Positions 29,634 through 39,200 of a stretch of 64,000 nt of DNA are shown piece after piece. The stretch is from the NCBI GenBank assembly GCA_944371605.1, contig CALVXU010000024.1, forward strand, positions 4,382 through 68,381. Direction: 5' to 3'. Both the position numbers and the translations under genes were made by a program. This DNA is from an uncultured Bacilli bacterium (GTDB taxonomy: Bacteria > Bacillota_I > Bacilli_A > RFN20 > CAG-288). Under the pieces are notes generated by a model that did no database searches, was not told the origin of the DNA, and saw only the letters and a program-made list of their open reading frames with translations. Positions within the stretch are counted from its first letter, which is position 1. Every line of letters starts with the position of its first letter.

Positions 29634-31949
29634 TCATTTTCCCCCTGCGTCCTTTAAAATTTGTCTCATGCTTCTCTTCTTTTCTTTCAGATAGAAATTC
29701 AAGCAGAGGATAAAAGCAAAGAAGAGGACCAAAAAGCTGATAATTACAAAGATATACCAATATGCCCTATAACTATTATTATCAACGTTTATAAAAATGG
29801 TTGGAATGATAATACTTGATGTTATCAAGTAAGTGATGATCAAGGGTATTTCAATCAAAAGCAGTCTTATTGAAAAGAGGATTTTTTGTGAAAATCCTAG
29901 TGTCTGCATGACACCGAAATCAGGATTGTATTTTCTTAATACCATGTTTAAGATCGGGCTTGTTAAGGAAAGAATTACAACTAAGAAAATGATTAAGCCA
30001 AAGATTAATTCACAAGTTGATACCATCACATAAAGGTCAGGGCTATCGTTGATTTCAGATACTTGATAACGGCTATTATAACTATACATTTCATATCGAT
30101 CACGATAATTGTTATAAAAAGCATTTGCTTCTTTGCTTGAATCGAAATAGACTGTGCTCAAAAGATTGAACTTATAAGAAACATAATTTAAAAAGGCGGC
30201 AGGATAATCTGATAAATAGATGATACAGCTTGAAGTCGAATCAGAATCAATGAATATATCGTTAGAAGGAGTAGTCGTTGATACTTCATAGCTCACATCA
30301 CCATAATAGTCGTTTAACTGTTCATAATAAGATTTAATTGAAAAGATTTTGTTTAATAGTGTTATTTCTATATCATCCACAAAATTTGCATATATTTTAT
30401 TAAAAAGAATATTTGGTCTTTGAGAAAGATATGTATTTGTTGATAATGTGAATGGAATCTTCTCGCCATTGATAGAAATGGAAATAGATTCTTCTAACGA
30501 TAGATTTAATGGGAAAGTACTTATATCTTTCTTTATCAAATGGTCTTTTAAAAATGGTTCAATATTATCACTTATGATTTGATAAGCAGCATCATTGAAA
30601 ACAATGATAACTTTTCCATAGTCTGAACAATCACATGTTCCGTAGCCGCTTAAAGTAAATTCTCTTAATGGAGAAACTGTATAATCTGATAAACCGAGAA
30701 GATTGGTGACTTGATTTTTTAAAGCATAAGAAAAGAATGCCCTATAGTCATCGGCTTCTAATTTTGTGAGATTACTTTCATCATAAAATACTTGGAAACT
30801 AGGAGTCTCAATATCTTTTTGTTCTATTATTTTAGCACTTTGTGGCTTTACTAAGCTTGGTATTGCTGATTCATAAAAAGTTATCATATCACCGTTTTGA
30901 TATGATATATAGAACTCTAAATAGTTCAGAGAACTTGATTTATCAACAATAGCATTTTCAGAATACACATCCAAATCGTTGTTATTGCTATTAACTATTA
31001 ATAGTGATTGATCAATCAAGTTGTTTGTAAAAGGTCTAAATGCACTAGATATGTTTGACTCAATATTAGACTGAATTCTATCTGCGCAAAAAACGAAGCC
31101 AAAAGAAACACCAATAGCAGCAAAAGCTAGCAGAATTTGGGCTAAGCAAGTAAGAATGAATTTTTTTGGAGAAGAAATTATTATTTGAATGCTTGAGTAA
31201 AGAGTGGAAGCAAAGCTTGGATTTTTAATAGATGTGCTTTTTTCGGTTTCTTCAGAAATATATTTTTCTTTTAGTATTTCATCTTTTTCAACATGACCGT
31301 CTTTCATCGTTATATGTCTAGTAGCTAAATCTTTGATCAAATCATATTCGTGTGTCACAAAAAGAATGAGGTGATTAGCTTTTATTTTATCTATAAGTTT
31401 AATGATTTCTTCAGAAGTTTTAGAGTCGAGATTGCCAGTCGGTTCATCAAAAGCGATGACTGGTGAGTTGATAGCTAGCGCTCTAGCGATGACTACTCTT
31501 TGTCTTTCGCCACCAGAAAGCCTTGCTACTCTTTCATGCATACGGCTTTCTAAGCCACATTCTGTCAAACGTCTTTTAGCTATTTCAAGCGCTTCTTTAT
31601 GTTTGTATCCTCTATTTCTTAAGGCGATGATTAAATTGCTCAATGGTGTTAATGATTGAAATAGATTGTATTCTTGAAAAACAAAAGACACATATTCACG
31701 TCTGAATTCTTTTATTTCTTTATCAGTAAAATCAGCAGTGCTTTTATCATTAAAGATTATGTCGCCTTCATCATAGTTATCCATCAAGGTGATCGTGTTT
31801 AAAAGTGTTGTCTTGCCTGATCCTGATTCACCTGTGATAGCGACGAATTCACCTTTATCAAAAGTTAAATTGATGTCTTCGATTCCTTTAGAAGAGGTGG
31901 TTCCGTCACTATAGTATTTTGAAACATGTTCAATTTTGATCAATGACAT
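29634..31949 (-). CDS. MacB/FtsX-like ABC ATPase-permease fusion
   Basis: GESGSGKTT, LSGGERQR, FDEPTGNLDS, VTHE; FGVMQTLGFS FtsX motif. Confidence 0.9.
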   Translation of the reverse strand: MSLIKIEHVSKYYSDGTTSSKGIEDINLTFDKGEFVAITGESGSGKTTLLNTITLMDNYDEGDIIFNDKSTADFTDKEIKEFRREYVSFVFQEYNLFQSLTPLSNLIIALRNRGYKHKEALEIAKRRLTECGLESRMHERVARLSGGERQRVVIARALAINSPVIAFDEPTGNLDSKTSEEIIKLIDKIKANHLILFVTHEYDLIKDLATRHITMKDGHVEKDEILKEKYISEETEKSTSIKNPSFASTLYSSIQIIISSPKKFILTCLAQILLAFAAIGVSFGFVFCADRIQSNIESNISSAFRPFTNNLIDQSLLIVNSNNNDLDVYSENAIVDKSSSLNYLEFYISYQNGDMITFYESAIPSLVKPQSAKIIEQKDIETPSFQVFYDESNLTKLEADDYRAFFSYALKNQVTNLLGLSDYTVSPLREFTLSGYGTCDCSDYGKVIIVFNDAAYQIISDNIEPFLKDHLIKKDISTFPLNLSLEESISISINGEKIPFTLSTNTYLSQRPNILFNKIYANFVDDIEITLLNKIFSIKSYYEQLNDYYGDVSYEVSTTTPSNDIFIDSDSTSSCIIYLSDYPAAFLNYVSYKFNLLSTVYFDSSKEANAFYNNYRDRYEMYSYNSRYQVSEINDSPDLYVMVSTCELIFGLIIFLVVILSLTSPILNMVLRKYNPDFGVMQTLGFSQKILFSIRLLLIEIPLIITYLITSSIIIPTIFINVDNNSYRAYWYIFVIISFLVLFFAFILCLNFYLKEKKRSMRQILKDAGGK

Positions 31950-32029
31950 TTTGACTCCTTTTTATTGATTATCGCACAATTGTGCCTCATGTTTAAACAT
32001 TATTTTTGATATAATACTTTAGTTATAGT

Positions 32030-33334
32030 ATGAAAAAAGAAGAAAGAGAAAACTATATATTTCAAAAGAAGTGTTTGCTAGTTTTACTTTTTTTGTTCTA
32101 TTTAAATGATGTCAGTTATGATGCTATCACCTTAAGATCTTTTGGATTTCATTTTGACCCTTCATGTAACTTTAAAGCCATCGTCAGGTCTAAAAAAGAT
32201 CATATTCATAAATATGTCTGTCATATCTTCAATTCCACTAGCGGCGTAAATTATGAAAAGTTAGATGAAATGGGAAATGTTAATATCATCAAAGTAAAAA
32301 AGATTGATGGACAAGAGTTTGTTTTCCCAGAGGCTTCCTTAAATATTTATCTCGATGGCGCTGGCTTTGTAGCGCTTGGCTATATAGAAGGAAAGCAGAT
32401 TGAATATAGGTTAGTAAAAAACAAAAAAGAAATCACTGATAATCTTTTATATACACTTTCTAGTGATGTTTCTTTAGACAATAAAAATACCACAGCTTTT
32501 TCCTTTTTATTATGGTTATTAAAATTTTATACTACAAAATTACATACAGATTTAGTCATGGGAGCTGGTATTAACGAAGACTACGGCGCTAAAAATTGGC
32601 CTGGGCTTATCGATGCATTAAACAATGATTTTTATAAAGGTGATTATAAGTTTGCTTCTGAAATTAAACATTATGTAGGCAAAGAATTATTCACAGATCC
32701 GATGGTGATGAAAACAAGTGGATTTGACCCATATAAGTCTTTGAATAGAGAGCTCTACCTATTTAAGGAAGCTAAGAGTTTTAATGATTCTGATTCTACT
32801 CTATCTCATTGTGTTGACTATATCAAAGCGCATCCTCACACTTCCGTCATAACCTATAATTATGATACTAATTTAGAATATCTTTTAAAAAAGCGTGATA
32901 TTCATTACAACACCACTTATGATGATAATTCCTTTGTCAATCAAGATGCTAATGTTGACATCTATCATGTTCATGGATTATTGCCATATGATAAATATGA
33001 TCAAAAGAAGTTTACGGATTCGCTGATTTTTAATGAAAGCGAATATTACTATTTATATAATAATCCTTATTCTTGGAACATCGCGAAACAATTACATGAT
33101 TTTAAATTTAACACTTGTCTTTTTATCGGGATTTCTCTTACTGATCCAGATATGAAAAGATTATTGGAATTAGCTAATAATTATTTAAAGTTCAATTTTA
33201 TCTTTTTAAAGAAAGGAAGAGATTACTCTCCGACAGTATTTAAAGATTTGACATCTTATTATTTCACATTTGATCTCATTGTGATTTGGATAGATGAATA
33301 TGAAGATATCGCTAAGTATTTAGAGGCTTTATAA
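32030..33334 (+). CDS. SIR2-like (SIR2_2) domain protein, probable NADase, with unknown N-terminal domain
   Basis: LVMGAGIN...NW, VITYNYDTNLE, IYHVHG, LIFNESEY, CLFIGISLTDPDM. Confidence 0.85.
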   Translation: MKKEERENYIFQKKCLLVLLFLFYLNDVSYDAITLRSFGFHFDPSCNFKAIVRSKKDHIHKYVCHIFNSTSGVNYEKLDEMGNVNIIKVKKIDGQEFVFPEASLNIYLDGAGFVALGYIEGKQIEYRLVKNKKEITDNLLYTLSSDVSLDNKNTTAFSFLLWLLKFYTTKLHTDLVMGAGINEDYGAKNWPGLIDALNNDFYKGDYKFASEIKHYVGKELFTDPMVMKTSGFDPYKSLNRELYLFKEAKSFNDSDSTLSHCVDYIKAHPHTSVITYNYDTNLEYLLKKRDIHYNTTYDDNSFVNQDANVDIYHVHGLLPYDKYDQKKFTDSLIFNESEYYYLYNNPYSWNIAKQLHDFKFNTCLFIGISLTDPDMKRLLELANNYLKFNFIFLKKGRDYSPTVFKDLTSYYFTFDLIVIWIDEYEDIAKYLEAL

Positions 33335-34447
33335 ATGGAAAAAGCAGATCAAATCAATCCGAAATATTTAGATGTTTCACCGATTACTAAAGGCAAGAGA
33401 ATGCTCATTTATCTCGCTGACCTTTTCTTGAATTTTATCATTGCTGTAACCTTGTTTGCAGCGATGGTTTATCCTATAGCTAGGGTTATTGCTTCATCTG
33501 ATGATATAGATCAAGATAGAAATATAAATGAGCAGCAGAGAATCGATATTCTTTATAGCAACGATTTATTAGATTATGATGAAAATGCTGATACTAAATA
33601 CAATATTAACGAGTCTTTGCAATATAGCGCAAATCTCTATTTATTAGGCTTTTTAAACGAATCGTTTAAACCGGATTATTTCAACACGTTTTATGTGGAG
33701 TATTTAGAAAATGATTATCAATACTTGAAAGATATTATTCATAAACAGGATAATTACGGTTTTTTTGATTATGAGCAAGACAGATTAGTTTTAGCGGCTG
33801 AATATAAAGATAAATTTCTCCCGTTGCTCGATGACAACGATCAATTATCAAATACAGCTCAGGCGGACTATGATTATTTTATAAATAGTTTTTTTGCTCA
33901 TATCTATGCTGACTTGTTAAATGAAATGCTGACATCTAGACTCATCACTGAGGCGTCACCATTATATGAGTATCGCATATTAGACTCTGAGAACAAGCGG
34001 ATGACAAATGCTGAAAATATGGTAGCTGTTTATTCGACATATGTTTCTTATCTTTTGTCATCAATAATCTATTTTCTTATCATTCCATTAATTTCTAGTC
34101 ATGGCAAAACAATCGCTATGATGGCTATGAGAATCGAAAGAATCGGTGACAACAATTTTCAGGTGCTATCACGTAAAGAACGAATTATTAATTCTTTATA
34201 TCAATTAGTATTTGCACTGCCTTTGATCATGTTTATCCCTGTTATGTATATACCTATCACCACGATTTTTAGCCTCCCGCATTTGTTATATCTCTCTTTG
34301 ATTTCAACAGGTTTTGTCTTAATATCTTTCGTGTTTATTTTCATCAATAGACTCCATCGCAGTTTAATTGATTTTCTATCGAGAACCATTTTGATTTCAA
34401 AAGATATTTTAGAGCAGATTTATACTATTAAAGGATACATGAAATAA
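33335..34447 (+). CDS. RDD-family membrane protein with large external loop
   Basis: KRMLIYLADLFL, GKTIAMMAMRIERI, HRSLIDFLSRT pattern. Confidence 0.7.
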   Translation: MEKADQINPKYLDVSPITKGKRMLIYLADLFLNFIIAVTLFAAMVYPIARVIASSDDIDQDRNINEQQRIDILYSNDLLDYDENADTKYNINESLQYSANLYLLGFLNESFKPDYFNTFYVEYLENDYQYLKDIIHKQDNYGFFDYEQDRLVLAAEYKDKFLPLLDDNDQLSNTAQADYDYFINSFFAHIYADLLNEMLTSRLITEASPLYEYRILDSENKRMTNAENMVAVYSTYVSYLLSSIIYFLIIPLISSHGKTIAMMAMRIERIGDNNFQVLSRKERIINSLYQLVFALPLIMFIPVMYIPITTIFSLPHLLYLSLISTGFVLISFVFIFINRLHRSLIDFLSRTILISKDILEQIYTIKGYMK

Positions 34448-35511
34448 TGTCAGAGATGAGTGTTTATGATGTTAACCAAAATCGTGAAAAGCAAGTTGGT
34501 TTACATATACAATATGTGCAAGCTAGAACTTATAAAAAGGTCTTTGCTAAAATCATAGACCTCTTATTGCTAGCGGTATTAGGGATTTTATTTTTTGTAG
34601 CTACTAGAGCTACGGTTCAGGCTTTTCCAGGATATCAAAAGATTCAAGAGCGAGTAAACACGACATTAGAGGATAGTGGCATCTATATCAGAGATGGAGG
34701 AGAGTTAGTTGATGCGGTGGATTATTATAATAATAAGAAAGACGATTTATCCTCTAGCGCTTTGATGAATGAAATAGAAGGTGTTATCGATAAATTCTAT
34801 TCTTATGTTGATTCATTAGTAGATGAAGGCGAAATAGAAGAAACAGATTATCAAAAAATGTTATCTGATTATGACGATTTTAGAGAACAGATAACTTATA
34901 GTGAAACACATCTTTTCATAAGAGATGGTGATATTTTGATTAAAAATCCTGATTTTAGTCGTGGAGAAGAGACATACACAATTTATGTTGAAAATGTTTA
35001 TATTCCATTTATTGATTCGCATTTGAGAGGATATTTACTCAATTATTTTCCACAATATTTGAAAGATACTGATTTTATGAGCAAGATGATTTTATTAGTC
35101 GAATTGCCCATCGCTGTTTTTTTATCAGCAATATTAGTTTATCTAGTTCCTCCGTTAATCTTCAGGAGAAATAGACAAACAATAGGTCGTTTGATTTATA
35201 AAATCGGGTTAGTAAACAATGACTTATTCGCTGTTCCTTTAAAAAAGTTTTTAGTATATGTTTCCATCGTTATTGTTTTAGAAATCGCTTTATCATTTTT
35301 GACGTTAGCTATTCCGCTCATCATATCGATATCCATGATGGCTTTTTCCAAGAGAAAACAAGATTTTGCCGAGTATATGGTGCAAATACAACAAGTGGAT
35401 ATCTCAAAAGAGAAAATATATCGAAACAAAGAGGAATTAGAAGTGGCTCATTTGAAGCTGAATCGCACTCCTGTTCAGTTTAAAAACATCACATTTGATG
35501 AAAATCAGTAA
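34447..35511 (+). CDS. RDD-family membrane protein with large external loop (paralog)
   Basis: KKVFAKIIDLLL, RQTIGRLIYKIGLV, KQDFAEYM; TAATG overlap with the previous gene. Confidence 0.7.
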   Translation: MSEMSVYDVNQNREKQVGLHIQYVQARTYKKVFAKIIDLLLLAVLGILFFVATRATVQAFPGYQKIQERVNTTLEDSGIYIRDGGELVDAVDYYNNKKDDLSSSALMNEIEGVIDKFYSYVDSLVDEGEIEETDYQKMLSDYDDFREQITYSETHLFIRDGDILIKNPDFSRGEETYTIYVENVYIPFIDSHLRGYLLNYFPQYLKDTDFMSKMILLVELPIAVFLSAILVYLVPPLIFRRNRQTIGRLIYKIGLVNNDLFAVPLKKFLVYVSIVIVLEIALSFLTLAIPLIISISMMAFSKRKQDFAEYMVQIQQVDISKEKIYRNKEELEVAHLKLNRTPVQFKNITFDENQ

Positions 35512-35582
35512 AAAACGACTAAACATTTGTGTATTTTATTAAATATGCGCTAAAATTCTATGCGCTTACATTGTGACAAAAC

Positions 35583-35610
35583 AGCAGTTGTGTCTAAAGG
35601 AACTGCTTTT
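35583..35610 (+). terminator. Probable terminator of the Sir2-RDD-RDD unit
   Basis: AGCAGTT / AACTGCT stem followed by a short T run. Confidence 0.5.
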
Positions 35611-35730
35611 CTGTAAAAAGTCCGTAAAATCAGGTTTTAAAGATTTATAAAAAACGTTATAATATTACGAGAAATACCTTCTTCATCTCAGCGAGTCTTA
35701 TAGTTATCTTTATTTATGAGGGATTAGTCA

Positions 35731-37257
35731 ATGAAACGAAAAAAGAACGTGTTGTCCTCAATTCGTCTACTGTTAGTTTCTCTGCTGCTGATTTGTTTTT
35801 TACCATTTGGTCTTTCATTTTCCGACTCTGGTGTTCGTATTGAAACTGGAAGTGCGATAAGAAAGGCTAATGAATCTGATTCTGATGTTAACGGCCCTCA
35901 AGACAATGCGTTGCCATTGACCGATTTAGATTCTAATTTTATGGCTACGATCACAAACCGTTCTTTTACAGATACTTGCCAGTCTTTTTCTTTTACTTTT
36001 TCTACATCAAGCCCTACAGTCGACTATACTTTAGGATTTTATGGCAGCGATGAATTAGATTTGCCATTGACACTCCAATATGATGTGACTCTTGAAAATG
36101 GATCTATTGAAACTCGTTTAATAGAACTCGCTAATACTAACAAAAATGGTAATTATCAACCATTAGGTGTCAGCTTTTCTAATAGAATGCCTTTGACAGT
36201 CGATATTTTATTAAATCCTGGTGAGGCTGTAGTTCAAGACAGCCTACTCTTTTTTAATATATTCACGATTGCAAGAAAAGATTCTACTCCTGGTTCTCCT
36301 TATATTCCGGGAGAGCAGCCATATTATTTCGATGAATTCGTCTATGATTATTTTGCTGAAACCAATGTCGATTTAAATCAATATCTCGATATTCAATTAG
36401 ACAATATCTCGACATTTTTAGGGTATGCTTCAATCACTGCTACTGTTTTTAATAATAGTTCTCCTTTATATGAGGAACAAATGATTTCTTCTCCAGGCTT
36501 TACCCAAAATCAAAACCGCATAGAAAGTGGAGAATTCAGATATGATTATCAATTTACAAATTTGATAAATTCTTATTTCATTTTCTATTATGATGATGGA
36601 AGACAATTAAATGTCTCTCTTTTGAATGATTCTTTAAACACTTCTTTTAGAATAAATGATGGAAAGAGTACTATTCATTTATTAGTTCAAAATATTGATT
36701 TTAATGGATTGACTGGGATCTCTCTTTGTGCGACTGATTTCAGCATCGGCATCGTGAATAAAGAGACTTTGAAAGACATAACAAATGCTACTTTTTCTAT
36801 TCGTCTCGGCTCACTTTATTTTAATCTTCCTGAAGGTCAATCAATCTCATATATCAACATCGGTATGATTTTATTGATCACATTATTATGTTTCTCAGCT
36901 GTTTATCTATCAGGAATTGTCGGAGCATATTTCTTCTTCAAAAACAAATATAAAAATGATGAATTCAAGAGAATCAATACTAAAGAATTCTTTAAAATAA
37001 ATATCTTAGGCTATTTGGCTGTCATTGTTTTATTGATGGATATTATGATAATTTGCTTTAGAGCATGTCTATTAGGAAGCGAATTAGCTATGTTTAATCC
37101 ATTAGATAATTATATTGTCTGCTTATCGATCATCGGAATTCTTTTCATCGGATACTTTATTAAACATTTTGTTACTAATATCAAAGCTTATCTAGAGAGA
37201 AAAGCTATAAACAAGTTACAACTTGATAAAGATAAAGCAGATGATGGCACAAATTAG
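35731..37257 (+). CDS. Uncharacterised membrane protein (signal/TM, ~340-aa external beta-rich domain, 3 C-terminal TMs)
   Basis: 508-aa ORF, hydropathy pattern; first gene of the ABC operon. Confidence 0.8.
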   Translation: MKRKKNVLSSIRLLLVSLLLICFLPFGLSFSDSGVRIETGSAIRKANESDSDVNGPQDNALPLTDLDSNFMATITNRSFTDTCQSFSFTFSTSSPTVDYTLGFYGSDELDLPLTLQYDVTLENGSIETRLIELANTNKNGNYQPLGVSFSNRMPLTVDILLNPGEAVVQDSLLFFNIFTIARKDSTPGSPYIPGEQPYYFDEFVYDYFAETNVDLNQYLDIQLDNISTFLGYASITATVFNNSSPLYEEQMISSPGFTQNQNRIESGEFRYDYQFTNLINSYFIFYYDDGRQLNVSLLNDSLNTSFRINDGKSTIHLLVQNIDFNGLTGISLCATDFSIGIVNKETLKDITNATFSIRLGSLYFNLPEGQSISYINIGMILLITLLCFSAVYLSGIVGAYFFFKNKYKNDEFKRINTKEFFKINILGYLAVIVLLMDIMIICFRACLLGSELAMFNPLDNYIVCLSIIGILFIGYFIKHFVTNIKAYLERKAINKLQLDKDKADDGTN

Positions 37258-37270
37258 GAGATAGGAAATT

Positions 37271-39190
37271 ATGGAAATTAAACTTAAGAATCTCACCAAA
37301 ATCTTCCCAGGCAACCCCAAGAAAAACATCAGGGATACTATCGCTGTAAATAATTTGGATTTTGAAGTTCCAGATGGAAAATTAGTGGGATTATTAGGCC
37401 CTTCTGGCTGTGGTAAATCCACCACTTTATACATGATTTCCGGCTTATTGAAGCCGACATCTGGTGAAGTTTGGTTTGGAGATCAAGAGGTCACTAATCT
37501 CCCGCCAGAAAAAAGAGGTATCGGTTTAGTTTTTCAAAACTATGCTTTATATCCTCATATGACCATTTATAAAAATATCGAATTTCCTCTTACTAATTTG
37601 AAGGTTGAAGTTCCTTTAGTCGCTTTTTATAAATATGAAATACATTATACATATACAATGCAGCCTGATGACGATGTCAAAGGTATAACCTATGCTATCA
37701 ATCAACTCATCAGTCGTATCGGATTGAAGAAAAAGACATGTCATGTCTCTTCTTGTGAAGTGGTGGATGGCAGATTGAATCTTGTTATTCTTTTAGATGG
37801 TGTTTCACCAGAAAACAAAGATGTTTTCTTAGAGAACGCTAAAAAGATTGTCGCTTTCGATACTGTTGAGATTCAAACTGATCCGGTTTCAGACGCATTA
37901 TTTGATGCTAAAATCAGAGCGGATGTTGCTAGAGATTCAAATCCTGATGAAATAACCACTATCAATTTTATCGGGCATTTACCAGACACGTTCACAACTG
38001 ATAAGATCGATGAATATATCAAGACTGAAACAGCTGTCATGTCTAAATTTGGGCATGTAGAATCTATAACTATTTTTAAATCCAAGACTTGTTATGAGAT
38101 TGTCGCTCGTATCAAGAACGTAAAAACAATAACATTAGATCAATTTAAAGCTGAAGTTCAAGAAGCTATTGAATTTACGCAAGTCAGCTTTGGTATCAGC
38201 GATGTTTCAAGCAAGAGTTTTGAAAAAGATATAAAACTCAAGTTGAAACAGAAAAAATATATTTATTCTGATTTAAAACTTTATTACGAAAATGAAAAGC
38301 TTCATTTCTTCATCATCATTAAGAAAACTCCTCGTAATATCATCGATGAGGCTATTGCCTTTATGACGGAGAATTTTGGTTTATCTAACGTCAGTGCTGA
38401 TATCAAAACAGCAATCACTCATCGTAAGCTCACCAAAGAAGAGAGAAAAGAAATTGTTTATGAAACAGCAAAATTAGTGCAAGTTGAAGAATATTTAGAG
38501 AGAAAGCCTTCTCAATTATCAGGCGGTCAACAACAGCGTGTCGCTATCGCTAGAGCGCTTGTTAAAAAACCTAAAGTCTTACTATTAGATGAACCTTTAT
38601 CCAATCTCGATGCCCGTCTAAGATTACAGACCAGAGAAGAGATTAAGAGAATTCAAAGAGACACAGGCATCACAACTGTTTTCGTCACTCATGATCAAGA
38701 AGAAGCTATGTCTATCTCTGATAAAATCGTTGTTATGAAATTAGGCGAAGAGCAGCAGATTGATACTCCGCAAAATGTTTATAATTCACCTGCTAATTTA
38801 TTCGTCGCTCAATTCTTAGGAACACCACCTATCAATGTTTATAAAGGTCGCGTAGAAAACAAAGTTTTGTATTTAGGTTCTGAGCCTGTTTATAAGTTGG
38901 AAAAAGATATCGCTGATCAACCAGTCTATATCGCTATTCGTCCAGAAGGCATGAATGTCTATCAAGAAAAGCAAGGTGAATATGGTTTCCATGCTGATGT
39001 AGAGATGATTCAAGTTCTTGGTAGAGATCTTTTCATTGTCGCTAAGAATGAAAATTGCACTAAGCCAACATTTAAGGCTATCATCTCTGCTGAACAGCAG
39101 GTCGCTCATGGTAGTATTTTCATCACTCTTAAGCCGAACAAATTTTTCATCTTTGATGAAAAGAATGAGCAGAGAATCTATTTGGATTGA
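37271..39190 (+). CDS. CUT1/MalK-UgpC-type ABC ATPase with ~274-aa insertion
   Basis: GPSGCGKST, VFQNYALYPHM, LSGGQQQR, LLLDEPLSNLDA, VTHDQEEA, C-terminal TOBE-like region. Confidence 0.95.
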   Translation: MEIKLKNLTKIFPGNPKKNIRDTIAVNNLDFEVPDGKLVGLLGPSGCGKSTTLYMISGLLKPTSGEVWFGDQEVTNLPPEKRGIGLVFQNYALYPHMTIYKNIEFPLTNLKVEVPLVAFYKYEIHYTYTMQPDDDVKGITYAINQLISRIGLKKKTCHVSSCEVVDGRLNLVILLDGVSPENKDVFLENAKKIVAFDTVEIQTDPVSDALFDAKIRADVARDSNPDEITTINFIGHLPDTFTTDKIDEYIKTETAVMSKFGHVESITIFKSKTCYEIVARIKNVKTITLDQFKAEVQEAIEFTQVSFGISDVSSKSFEKDIKLKLKQKKYIYSDLKLYYENEKLHFFIIIKKTPRNIIDEAIAFMTENFGLSNVSADIKTAITHRKLTKEERKEIVYETAKLVQVEEYLERKPSQLSGGQQQRVAIARALVKKPKVLLLDEPLSNLDARLRLQTREEIKRIQRDTGITTVFVTHDQEEAMSISDKIVVMKLGEEQQIDTPQNVYNSPANLFVAQFLGTPPINVYKGRVENKVLYLGSEPVYKLEKDIADQPVYIAIRPEGMNVYQEKQGEYGFHADVEMIQVLGRDLFIVAKNENCTKPTFKAIISAEQQVAHGSIFITLKPNKFFIFDEKNEQRIYLD

Positions 39191-39200
39191 GGAATAGAAC

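Noticed and set aside
37601-38422. ATPase insertion as an intein or in-frame mobile element
   Set aside because: No N-terminal Cys/Ser block, no terminal His-Asn, no LAGLIDADG motif and no flanking repeats
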